This document shows positions 55,663 through 64,000 of a stretch of 64,000 nt of DNA, in pieces. Position 1 is the first letter of the stretch. Each line of letters opens with the position of its first letter. The position numbers were made by a program, and so were the translations under genes. The notes under the pieces are model-generated. The model was not told the origin of the DNA, ran no database searches, and saw nothing but the letters and a program-made list of their open reading frames with translations. The stretch is from Spirochaetia bacterium (GTDB taxonomy: Bacteria > Spirochaetota > Spirochaetia > DSM-16054 > Sediminispirochaetaceae), in the NCBI GenBank assembly GCA_034520965.1, contig JAXHMY010000001.1, positions 704,001 to 768,000 of the forward strand, read 5' to 3'.

Positions 55663-56528
55663 GCCTTTTGACTCTCCCCTGAACCGAGTTTGTTCAATAA
55701 TTGAAAGAATATGTAACTCATCACAATTACTATAAAAAGGTAGATGAGCGATGCCGCACCGGCATATCCAAGCTCATACGATTGGGCCTTTCGAGCCACA
55801 AACAGACTCATAAAGGTCGTCGTGTTTCCAGGTCCTCCGCCGGTCAATAACAGCGGCTCAGCATAAATCTTAAATGAGTCCATGAAGCGCAGCAGAAATG
55901 CTAATACCAGTACCGGCCGCAGTTTCGGCAGAATTACAAAACGGAAAACTTTCCATCTTGAGGCTCCGTCAATTTCAGCAGCCCGGTAAAAGGCATCCGG
56001 TATTGCTAAATATCCGGCATAGGAAAGGAGTGCAACCAGCGGGGTCCAGTGCCACACATCCAAAAGGAATAGAGTAACCGGCGCATCTACCGGGTCCAGC
56101 GATACATTGTATTCATATCCCACCCAGCTCATAACTTCAGCTATCAAACCAATATCCGACTGACTGAACAGACGCCACACGATACCGACAACGTTGTAAG
56201 GTATCAGCAGAGGAATACCCAGCAATACCAGTGATATCGCCACCCCAATGCCCTTCTTCGGCATTGAAAGAGCTATTGCGATTCCCAGGGGTATTTCCAC
56301 AGCCAGAATAGATACGCTGAACATTAACTGCCGACCGAGGGCTCCGCGAAAGGCAGAGTCCCGCATTACATCCACAAAGTTCGCAAACCCGACAAACTCG
56401 GGAATGGAACCGGAGAAAATATAGTGGAGAGAATAATTCACTACCGTCATCAATGGGATAAACGCGCTCAGTGCCATCACAGCTAGAGCAGGTAATAAAA
56501 ACAGCCATGCTCTATTATCATATTTCAT
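55659..56528 (-). CDS. glpP: Carbohydrate ABC permease
   Basis: IPLMTVVNYS, DVWHWTPLVALL, AAEIDGAS and LRFMDSFKIYAEP..TGGGPG. Confidence 0.85.
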   Translation of the reverse strand: MKYDNRAWLFLLPALAVMALSAFIPLMTVVNYSLHYIFSGSIPEFVGFANFVDVMRDSAFRGALGRQLMFSVSILAVEIPLGIAIALSMPKKGIGVAISLVLLGIPLLIPYNVVGIVWRLFSQSDIGLIAEVMSWVGYEYNVSLDPVDAPVTLFLLDVWHWTPLVALLSYAGYLAIPDAFYRAAEIDGASRWKVFRFVILPKLRPVLVLAFLLRFMDSFKIYAEPLLLTGGGPGNTTTFMSLFVARKAQSYELGYAGAASLIYLFIVIVMSYIFFQLLNKLGSGESQKA

Positions 56529-56565
56529 TCATCAACCTCCAATCTTAAATCTGTGCATGCTGTCA

Positions 56566-57663
56566 TCAGATTACTTTCTTTCCATCTTTGTAAAATTTTA
56601 CTTCCTCTTCCGGGAAGCTAAGCCAGGCAGTATCACCCTCGCTTATGGACATATCTTCCGGAGCCCGGCTCTTCAAATCCAACGTACCCACAGTTGTGGT
56701 AACGATTTTATAGGCGCCGGTATCTTCTACCAGCTTTACACTTCCGGACACCGCGTTTTTGGATTTCTCAGGACTAAGCTGGACATACTCGGGTCGGATA
56801 CCAAGGGTAAACTCATTTCCATGCTCCAGCAGTTGTGCTGCCAGCTTTTTGCTGATTTTGAAGAAGGTTCCGTTGAATTTTACTGTACCATCGGACTCAA
56901 CACGGCACTCCATCATATTCATCCCCGGACTGCCGATAAAATAACCGATAAACATGCTTTCGGGGTTTTCATGCAGCTCTTTCGGGCTCCCGGTTTGGTC
57001 AATTTTCCCCACCTGCATCACCGTCACCTGTTCAGCAAAGGTCAGAGCCTCGTGCTGGTCGTGGGTTACATAAATCATAGTAAAATCAAGCTCTTCCTGT
57101 ACCTGCTTCAATTTACGCCGCAGGTCCCACTGAGCCTTGGGGTCGATAACCGTAAGAGGTTCATCTAAAAGCACCGCCGCCGTATCCGGCCGAACAATGC
57201 CGCGTCCCAGGGACACCTTCTGCTTATCCGCCGGGTTTAGCTTTCCTGCCGGTACTTTCAGCAGGCTGGTAATCTCCAGTATTTCCGCCACTTCGTACAC
57301 CCGCTTACGGATGATGTCACTGTCCACTCCATCATTGGCCAAGGGAAAAGCGATATTACCGTACACATTCATAGAGTCATACACCACCGGAAACTGAAAC
57401 ACCTGTGCGATGTGCCGCTCCTTTGCCGAGAGCTCGGTTACATCCTTCCCGTCAAATAACACTTGTCCCTTCGTCGGTGTGGTAAGTCCGGAGATAATCT
57501 TAAGCAAGGTCGTTTTTCCACATCCGGAGGGACCAAGCAGGGCGACGGCTGATCCGTTTTCATAAGTTACATTAATGTTCTCTACCGCATATTCCGGTTT
57601 CTTCGTTTTTCCCTCTTCAATGTCGTAACTATGCCATACATCTATTAACTGAATTGTTGCCAT
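56566..57663 (-). CDS. glpT: ABC ATP-binding protein of the glycerol importer
   Basis: GPSGCGKT, AQVFQFPVVY, degenerate signature ADKQKVSLGRG, and DEPLTVIDP. Confidence 0.85.
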   Translation of the reverse strand: MATIQLIDVWHSYDIEEGKTKKPEYAVENINVTYENGSAVALLGPSGCGKTTLLKIISGLTTPTKGQVLFDGKDVTELSAKERHIAQVFQFPVVYDSMNVYGNIAFPLANDGVDSDIIRKRVYEVAEILEITSLLKVPAGKLNPADKQKVSLGRGIVRPDTAAVLLDEPLTVIDPKAQWDLRRKLKQVQEELDFTMIYVTHDQHEALTFAEQVTVMQVGKIDQTGSPKELHENPESMFIGYFIGSPGMNMMECRVESDGTVKFNGTFFKISKKLAAQLLEHGNEFTLGIRPEYVQLSPEKSKNAVSGSVKLVEDTGAYKIVTTTVGTLDLKSRAPEDMSISEGDTAWLSFPEEEVKFYKDGKKVI

Positions 57664-57682
57664 ATTGTTTCTCTCCCCCCGT

Positions 57683-58792
57683 TTAAGCTTGTACCGCTTC
57701 TGTTTTCGCGCATAACTCGTGAGTATCTACGTCAAAAATGTAGAAACGTTCCGGATCGAGATACAATTTCATGGTCTCGCCGATACCGTACGAAATTAGC
57801 TCCTGCATAAGCACAATAATTTTTTTACCGCGGTGGTCGATATGCAGCTCGGTGTCGGAGCCGACCGCTTCTGAGAGCTGGACTGTACCGTCGATCTCTA
57901 CCATTGAATCCGATTCACGGTTGGTGGAAACCATATGAGCATGAATGCCAAGGAAATACTTATCCTTCTTCAGTGTTTCATGCAGGCGGCTTACATCGAT
58001 CTTGAACTGCTCTGTGACCTTTATATACAAGCGGCCGTCCTCTTCAACTTTGCGCCCTTCGAGGATGTTCATAGTTGGATAACTAAAATACTCCCCAACT
58101 TCTACAAACTGCGGGTTGTGGTACACCTCTTTGACCGGGCCGTACTGCAGGATTTTTCCCTTATGCAGAAAGGCCACATGTGATGCCATACCGAGTGCAT
58201 CGATAGGCTCCGGGGTAGCATACACCAGAGCACCACCCTTTTCGCGGAAAATCAATTTAAGCTCACCCCGCAATTCTTCGCGCAGCTTGTAATCGAGGTT
58301 TGCCAGAGGTTCATCTAAAAATACGTATTTAGTGCCCTTACTGAGCGCCCTGGCCAAGGCGGTTCGCTGCTGCTGTCCGCCGCTGACCTCCTCCGGCAGG
58401 TGATCCAGGATATGAGTAATGCCCAATAAATCAGCATTAGCCCGTACCTGCTTATCAATCTCCTGTTCGCTTAGTTTTGTTTTCGCAACGCGTAGTGGAG
58501 ATGCGATGTTTTCATAAATGTTAAATGATGGATAATTTACAAACTGCTGGTATACCATAGCTATGTTCCGTTTTTGAACTGAAAGCTTGGTTACATCTAC
58601 CCCATCAAAGTAGATTTTCCCGCTGTTTGGTTTTTCTATTCCCGCAAGTAAGCGCAACAGAGTGGTCTTTCCGGAGCCGGTTGGAGCTAGTAACACGGAA
58701 AAATCTCCGTCATTTATCTCCAAATTAATATTTTCCAGCTTCGGGTAACCCGCCTGATGGAGCTTAGTCACATTTTCAACAACAATGCCCAT
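57683..58792 (-). CDS. glpS: ABC ATP-binding protein of the glycerol importer
   Basis: PTGSGKTT, MVYQQFVNYP, SGGQQQRTALARAL and DEPLANLDYKLREELR. Confidence 0.85.
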   Translation of the reverse strand: MGIVVENVTKLHQAGYPKLENINLEINDGDFSVLLAPTGSGKTTLLRLLAGIEKPNSGKIYFDGVDVTKLSVQKRNIAMVYQQFVNYPSFNIYENIASPLRVAKTKLSEQEIDKQVRANADLLGITHILDHLPEEVSGGQQQRTALARALSKGTKYVFLDEPLANLDYKLREELRGELKLIFREKGGALVYATPEPIDALGMASHVAFLHKGKILQYGPVKEVYHNPQFVEVGEYFSYPTMNILEGRKVEEDGRLYIKVTEQFKIDVSRLHETLKKDKYFLGIHAHMVSTNRESDSMVEIDGTVQLSEAVGSDTELHIDHRGKKIIVLMQELISYGIGETMKLYLDPERFYIFDVDTHELCAKTEAVQA

Positions 58793-58827
58793 GGAGAATC
58801 TCCTCCGATGTATATAATATGGATTTT

Positions 58828-58957
58828 ATTGTAGCACGCTATCTTAGGCTGTCAAGAAAAAATCGATAATTTTCGTTCATTTTATTCAGTAAATAATGAC
58901 TTATTGTTCACAAACATTCACCCTTTTATTGACAACTAAGCTTCGTATAGGTACTAT
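58828..58957. promoter_or_regulatory. Divergent sigma70 promoters for the ABC operon and the G3P dehydrogenase operon
   Basis: Minus strand TTGACA-16-TACAAT; plus strand TTGACA(58929)-17-TACTAT(58952), 7 nt before ATG 58965. Confidence 0.65.
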
Positions 58958-58964
58958 CAGTAGT

Positions 58965-60428
58965 ATGAGCGGATCACAATCAGAAGAAGTATTTGACCTG
59001 GCCGTTATCGGTGCAGGAGTAAGCGGCGCATCGATTGCCCGGCGCTTGTCGATGTACGATATACAAATCGCCCTCATAGAAAAGGAAGCCGATGTGTCCT
59101 TCGGCACATCGAAAGCCAATTCAGGCATTATTCACGGCGGTTTTCACCACGAGCCTTCCCTGCTTAAGTCGCGCCTGGAGCTGCAGGGAAACCTTATGTT
59201 CGACCAGCTTCAGCGTGAGCTTCATTTCCCCTTTACCCGCTGCGGTATTCTGGTAGCTGCGATGGACGAAGAAGAAATGAAGACGGTTCAATACCTGTAC
59301 GCCCGGGGCCGTAAAAACGGCGCCATTGGCATTGAGCTGTGTTCACGGGAGCGCATACTCGACCTGGAACCGAAACTTTCAAGCGATGTGGTAGGCGGAC
59401 TACACGCCCCCGGAGGCGGGATTATCGAGCCCTACCGCTTTGTGTTTGCCTTAGTCGAATCGGCCCAGCACAACGGAGTGCGGCTTATTACCGATTTTGA
59501 AGTAAAAGAAGCCCACCATCGGGAAGGGCTTTTTCAGATAGATTCAGCAGCCGGAGATACTATTTACTCCCGCTATGTGGTAAATGCTGCCGGCCTGTAT
59601 GCCGATGAGGTCTCTCAAATTTTTGCTGCCGAAGAGTTCCAGATTACTCCCCGTAAGGGAGAGTACTATCTGCTGGACCGCATGACCAAGGCTTGTCCCG
59701 GAAAAGTCCTGTTTCCGGTGCCGAACAGCGTTTCGAAGGGCATGCTGGTAATTCCCACCGTTGAAGGCACCGTGTTAGTCGGCCCAACCGCCGAAGACAT
59801 TCACGAGAAGGACGACCTCTCAACATCCAGCAGTAAACTGAAATCGATATTCGACTCCGCCAGACAGATGGTGCCAAAGGTTTCTACAAAGGACGTTATC
59901 ACCGCCTTCTCGGGCCTGCGGCCAGCACTAGCCGAGGGCGACTTTTATATAGAGGCCAGCAGCAGGGTGCCCCATTTTATTCAGGTGGCGGGCATCCAGT
60001 CGCCGGGGCTTACCGCCGCACCTGCAATAGGCGAATATGTAAAAGACATTCTGAAAGAGGAAGGGCTCACCCTGCAGGAACGAAACGACTACGACCCAAA
60101 TGTACAGAGAGTTCCGCGCATCCGGAATAAGAATGCCTATGACATCGACGAACTTATTAAAGAGAACCGGGCCTACGGAAATATAATCTGCCGCTGCGAG
60201 AACATCTCCGAGGCGGAAATTATAGAAGCCATTCGGCGGGGCCACGACACCCTCGACGGAATTAAGTTTTTCACCCGCTCGGGAATGGGGCGTTGTCAAG
60301 GCGGATTCTGTACCGGCAAAATAATTGAAATTATTATGCGCGAGACCGGGAAAAACTACAGCGAAGTAACAAAGCGCGGAAAACAGAGTACGGTTATTAG
60401 GAGATCCTTATGCGAACAGAACAAATAG
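58965..60428 (+). CDS. FAD-dependent glycerol-3-phosphate dehydrogenase-like subunit with a BFD-type [2Fe-2S] domain
   Basis: IGAGVSG, TSKANSGIIHGG, PRKGEY, GIQSPGLTAAPAI and ICRCE...GMGRCQGGFC. Confidence 0.88.
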   Translation: MSGSQSEEVFDLAVIGAGVSGASIARRLSMYDIQIALIEKEADVSFGTSKANSGIIHGGFHHEPSLLKSRLELQGNLMFDQLQRELHFPFTRCGILVAAMDEEEMKTVQYLYARGRKNGAIGIELCSRERILDLEPKLSSDVVGGLHAPGGGIIEPYRFVFALVESAQHNGVRLITDFEVKEAHHREGLFQIDSAAGDTIYSRYVVNAAGLYADEVSQIFAAEEFQITPRKGEYYLLDRMTKACPGKVLFPVPNSVSKGMLVIPTVEGTVLVGPTAEDIHEKDDLSTSSSKLKSIFDSARQMVPKVSTKDVITAFSGLRPALAEGDFYIEASSRVPHFIQVAGIQSPGLTAAPAIGEYVKDILKEEGLTLQERNDYDPNVQRVPRIRNKNAYDIDELIKENRAYGNIICRCENISEAEIIEAIRRGHDTLDGIKFFTRSGMGRCQGGFCTGKIIEIIMRETGKNYSEVTKRGKQSTVIRRSLCEQNK

Positions 60429-61678
60429 ATGCCCTAGTAATCGGCGGAGGGGCCGCCGGAATGTCTGCGGCTGTAACCATCTCGGCGGCCGGTTTTTCCG
60501 CCGCATTGGTCGAGCGGGAGGATGAGCTGGGAGGGGTACTCCTGCAGTGCATCCATAATGGATTCGGACTGCACGAGTTCAAGGAAGAGCTCACCGGTCC
60601 TGAATACGCAGAGCGCTGGATTCACAACGTTGAAGAATCCGAGGTGATGGTCTTCTGCGGTACCACAGTAATGGAAATGAACCTTTTGGAAGACGGGCGG
60701 AAGGAGTGTTTCGGCTATTCCCCTCAGCACGGTGTGGTAAAGTTTGTCACCCGTACGGTGGTGCTGACCATGGGATGCCGCGAGCGGAACCGGGGAAATG
60801 TAATGATTCCCGGTACCCGTCCCGCCGGGGTGTACACCGCCGGCCTGGCCCAGCGCCTGGTGAACATGAACGGCTACATCCCCGGCAAGGAGGTGGTTAT
60901 TGTCGGCTCGGGAGATATCGGGCTCATTATGGCCCGCCGCATGCAGTGGGTGGGCAGCAAGGTTCATGGGGTGGTCGAAATTCAGCCGTACCCCTCCGGT
61001 TTAACCCGAAATATTTCTCAGTGTCTGAACGACTTTAAGATACCCCTATACCTTAGTCATGTGGTTTCTAAAATCTACGGCAAGGAGCGGGTGGAAGCGG
61101 TGGATATTACCCCGCTGAAAAACGGAGTACCCGATCACGAGCAGACATTTCAGATTAAATGCGATACCTTGCTGCTGTCGGTAGGACTGATACCGGAAAA
61201 CGAGCTCTCGAAGCAGGTGGGAATCGAACTGAACCCTCTGACCAACGGACCAACCGTAGACAGCATGCTGATGACCTCGATCGAAGGTGTTTTTTCCGCC
61301 GGCAATGTACTGCATGTACATGATTTAGTCGACTTTGTCAGTGCAGAGGCCCGTTTAGCCGGGGAAAAAGTAATTGATTACCTGAAGGGAATAAAACCGA
61401 AGAGGGAGCTCCCCATCAAACCGGGGGCAAATATTCGTTATATCAACCCCACCCGCATCAATCCGGATGTAGACAGTGAAATCTACATGCGTCCCCTGGT
61501 GGTTTCCAACAATGCCAGGCTGAAAATAATGGTCAACGGCGAGGTGGTAAAACAGAAGAAAAAGCCCCATGTCCAGCCCAGCGAAATGATAAAACTTAAA
61601 ATAAGCCCTAAGTTCTTCCAAGATGTTGAGCTTACACCAGATTCAAGAGTGGAGGTAACACTACAGGATGAGCCCTGA
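60410..61678 (+). CDS. NAD(P)/FAD-dependent oxidoreductase, G3PDH partner subunit
   Basis: GGGAAG, QCIHNGFG, MGCRER, GSGDIGLIMARR and GNVLHVHDLVD. Confidence 0.88.
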   Translation: MRTEQIDALVIGGGAAGMSAAVTISAAGFSAALVEREDELGGVLLQCIHNGFGLHEFKEELTGPEYAERWIHNVEESEVMVFCGTTVMEMNLLEDGRKECFGYSPQHGVVKFVTRTVVLTMGCRERNRGNVMIPGTRPAGVYTAGLAQRLVNMNGYIPGKEVVIVGSGDIGLIMARRMQWVGSKVHGVVEIQPYPSGLTRNISQCLNDFKIPLYLSHVVSKIYGKERVEAVDITPLKNGVPDHEQTFQIKCDTLLLSVGLIPENELSKQVGIELNPLTNGPTVDSMLMTSIEGVFSAGNVLHVHDLVDFVSAEARLAGEKVIDYLKGIKPKRELPIKPGANIRYINPTRINPDVDSEIYMRPLVVSNNARLKIMVNGEVVKQKKKPHVQPSEMIKLKISPKFFQDVELTPDSRVEVTLQDEP

Positions 61679-62042
61679 TAAAAATACAAAAGAGATGATC
61701 TGTATTGTCTGCCCGATCGGCTGTCACCTCCAGGTGTCCACCGACGGAGAGGAAGTAAAGGTCACCGGGAACCGCTGCTCCCGGGGCGAGGAATACGCAC
61801 GCGAAGAGATGCTGTCCCCCAAGCGGGTAGTGACCGCTACCTGCCGCTTGGAAGACCCGCAGCATCCGCGGCTGCCGGTAAAAACCGATGCAGCCCTGCC
61901 CTTTGAGCAAATTGAAGCCCTCCTGGCCGAGGTATACTCCCTCTCGGTAAAGCCCCCTGTAAAGGTAGGACAGGTATTAATTGAGGACTTTGCTGAAACC
62001 GGGGTAAACCTGGTTTCCTCCAGGACAATTCAAACTCAGTGA
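61668..62042 (+). CDS. DUF1667 Cys-rich protein, third G3PDH-associated subunit
   Basis: CIVCPIGC...GNRCSRG..YA...P.R.VT..LPVKT pattern. Confidence 0.85.
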   Translation: MSPDKNTKEMICIVCPIGCHLQVSTDGEEVKVTGNRCSRGEEYAREEMLSPKRVVTATCRLEDPQHPRLPVKTDAALPFEQIEALLAEVYSLSVKPPVKVGQVLIEDFAETGVNLVSSRTIQTQ

Positions 62043-63446
62043 GTGCGAATTTCGAATTCTGTGGCCGCAAGGTCCGCATACAATTCGGTACTGTGAGCAC
62101 CCTTGTGCCACCGAATGTGAACTATGTGATCGGGGCTCGGCAGCAGATCATAGCTTCCGTCGAAGGCCCGGCAGTCGTTTCTGAATTTCATCAGCTCGAA
62201 CAGACGTTTTACCACCGGTCGCTGTACCTCCGCGGCAATCTCTTCGAGACTGTAGTTATGGCGGTTTATATTCCGGCCCAACTGGGTTTTCTCTACCAAT
62301 TCAATATCATTTTTCCCGGCTAAGGCCCCTACATAGTACACCTGCGGAATTCCGGGAGTGAAAAACTGCAGCGCCCGGGCCAGCAGATAAGCCTCGTCAT
62401 CTTCACCAAGGGCCGAGTAATAGGTACAGTTGATTTGATACACATCAAGATTCTGATACTTGGCGGTATTGTAAATTCGCTTTACGTTAGCCCCTTTGCT
62501 GTACACATTCTCCTTGGTCCGCTCCATTTCTTCTTCCGACATCAAACCATGAACATCCACCACCCCTATCCCGTCGTGGGTATCGAGGGTGGTGTACTGG
62601 TTTCGCGGGCAGATTGAAAGCCAGCGCTTCAAATTCCGGGCATCACCGTCATACAAAGCCTGCAGTACCAGCATCGGCAGGGCAAAATCGTACACCGGAT
62701 ACCCGTGCTCGGCAATGCGTTTCTGCATACTGTAGTGCTCATGAACCTCCGGCAGCAGGACTTCCCCGCAATCGCGAATACAGTTATATGCAAAAGAGAG
62801 GTGTTCCCACACCTCCGGCTCTACAAAAAAGCAGTTGGTACCCGGTTTTTTGGTAGTATAGGCAAAGGCATCCAGTCGAATCATGCGTGCCCCGTGACCA
62901 CATAGATTCTGCAAGAACTCACGTATCAGACTTCGAGTGGTGGGGCTCTCTAAATCGAGATCGATCTGTTCAAAATCAAAGGTACACCAAATTTTTTCTT
63001 GGCTTCCGTCGGCAAACTCGACCTCCAGGTAGGGCGGCCGGGGCTTGCGGGTATAAATCTTTTCCAAATCCTCGTCGGAGGCTTCCCCCTCGGCCAGAAA
63101 TTCTTGAAACGGATAAAGAGTCCCGCCCACTTTGATTCATCCTTCTTTTAAGAAAATCCTGGAAGTACTCCGAACGCCTAGATATGTGATTGACCATCAT
63201 ATCGACCATCAGATCATAGTCCCGGGCAATTGCTTCAACATCATCCCAGCTGCCGAAACGGGGGTCTACCTCATTGTAGGTGAGGGGAGCAAAACCACGG
63301 TCCCCGGAGGATGGGTAAAATGGAAGAAGATGGACCCCTCCGAACAGGTCGGGCAGATGCCGGGCAAGGGCGGAACGAAGTTCGGCTAAATTCTCACCTA
63401 AACCATCAGCATAGGTAATTAACTGGCAGGCGTTGCGGATCGGCAT
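62036..63446 (-). CDS. gtfA: Sucrose phosphorylase (GH13_18), frameshifted near 63145
   Basis: QLITYADGLG, HLLPFYPSSGDRGF, MVNHIS, IRLDAFAY, LPEVH, TLDTHDGIG and NLDVYQINCTY. Confidence 0.9.
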
Positions 63447-63489
63447 AAAAACCTCTTATTTTATCTTATCTTATTCTAAACCATTGCCA

Positions 63490-64000
63490 TTATAAAAGAT
63501 TGAAGATCTTTTTCAACCTGTTCCCATCGGCCGCCTCCACATGTTTTACAAAGAGGCTCCATTGGGCCCGTTCACGCCGGAACCCGGCATCTACCTCACC
63601 ACGGTCGATCCTGTCCTCCAGATCAAGTAATTCGGCAAGTCCCTGTTCAATAATGTAACCGGCGGCGGGCTCATTCTTATGAACCGCAAACTCACAAGCC
63701 TTCAACAGGCTTGCAAATACAGCCTGGGCCCGGGCCAGCTCACCCGCAAAAACCCCCGGCATGGGGTCTATCTGTTCTTTTACCTCCAGCATATCGGCCA
63801 GTCGCTGAAAGATAAGCAGCCGGTACATATCGCCGATAAAACGGGTCGCGGCGGTCTTTTCTTCCGCTCCAGAAACAGCTGATTTGTAATGTGCTATCCG
63901 GAGGTCCGGATGAAACAGCGCCCGAATACCATAGGGCAAGCCGGAGAAATAGAACTGCTGGTCCTCTGCCCGCCCAACCCAGGAAAAGGTAAAGGGAAGT
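63490..64000 (-). CDS. Hypothetical protein, C-terminal part only (5' end outside the window)
   Basis: Frame open to the window edge: LPFTFSWVGRAEDQQFYFSGLPYGIRALFHPDLRIAHYK...; same strand as gtfA and 43 bp upstream of it. Confidence 0.65.
   Translation of the reverse strand, partial: LPFTFSWVGRAEDQQFYFSGLPYGIRALFHPDLRIAHYKSAVSGAEEKTAATRFIGDMYRLLIFQRLADMLEVKEQIDPMPGVFAGELARAQAVFASLLKACEFAVHKNEPAAGYIIEQGLAELLDLEDRIDRGEVDAGFRRERAQWSLFVKHVEAADGNRLKKIFNLL

Noticed and set aside
1..64000. Prophage, IS, integron, defence island, tRNA or rRNA
   Set aside because: No integrase, transposase, defence nuclease or structural RNA signature; nearly all sequence is explained by metabolic CDSs

Overview
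A gene-dense chromosomal stretch from an anaerobic bacterium; the gene set and protein styles suggest Spirochaetia, but that is inference only. It holds housekeeping and catabolic genes: an enolase-superfamily enzyme, acyl-CoA ligase, GH13 alpha-glucosidase, gltBD, a DHH-CBS protein facing an HD-GYP protein, mutM, a clostridial-type pur operon (purL-E-C-F-M-N-D, no purH), alaX, acnA, a Tat-exported DUF362/polyferredoxin pair, and a ~16 kb glycerol region. The glycerol region comprises glpK, a DeoR/GlpR regulator, a GlpSTPQUV-type ABC importer and a three-subunit G3P dehydrogenase, interrupted by malic enzyme, an Ldh_2 dehydrogenase and an MCP. Sucrose phosphorylase follows. At least 11 genes are frameshifted, which most likely reflects uncorrected long-read errors. 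I saw no rRNA, tRNA, CRISPR array, transposase, integrase, phage gene or defence system, and I cannot claim a clearly new biological system. The best unexplained signals are: (1) a 69-bp, TAG-flanked, double-hairpin element present twice 46 kb apart, with an extra alternative-pairing arm at one copy; (2) eight genes with a TAnnnT-N6/7-ATG leaderless signature, two with a palindrome over the -10 box; (3) the mosaic glycerol supercluster; (4) the DHH-CBS / HD-GYP pair.
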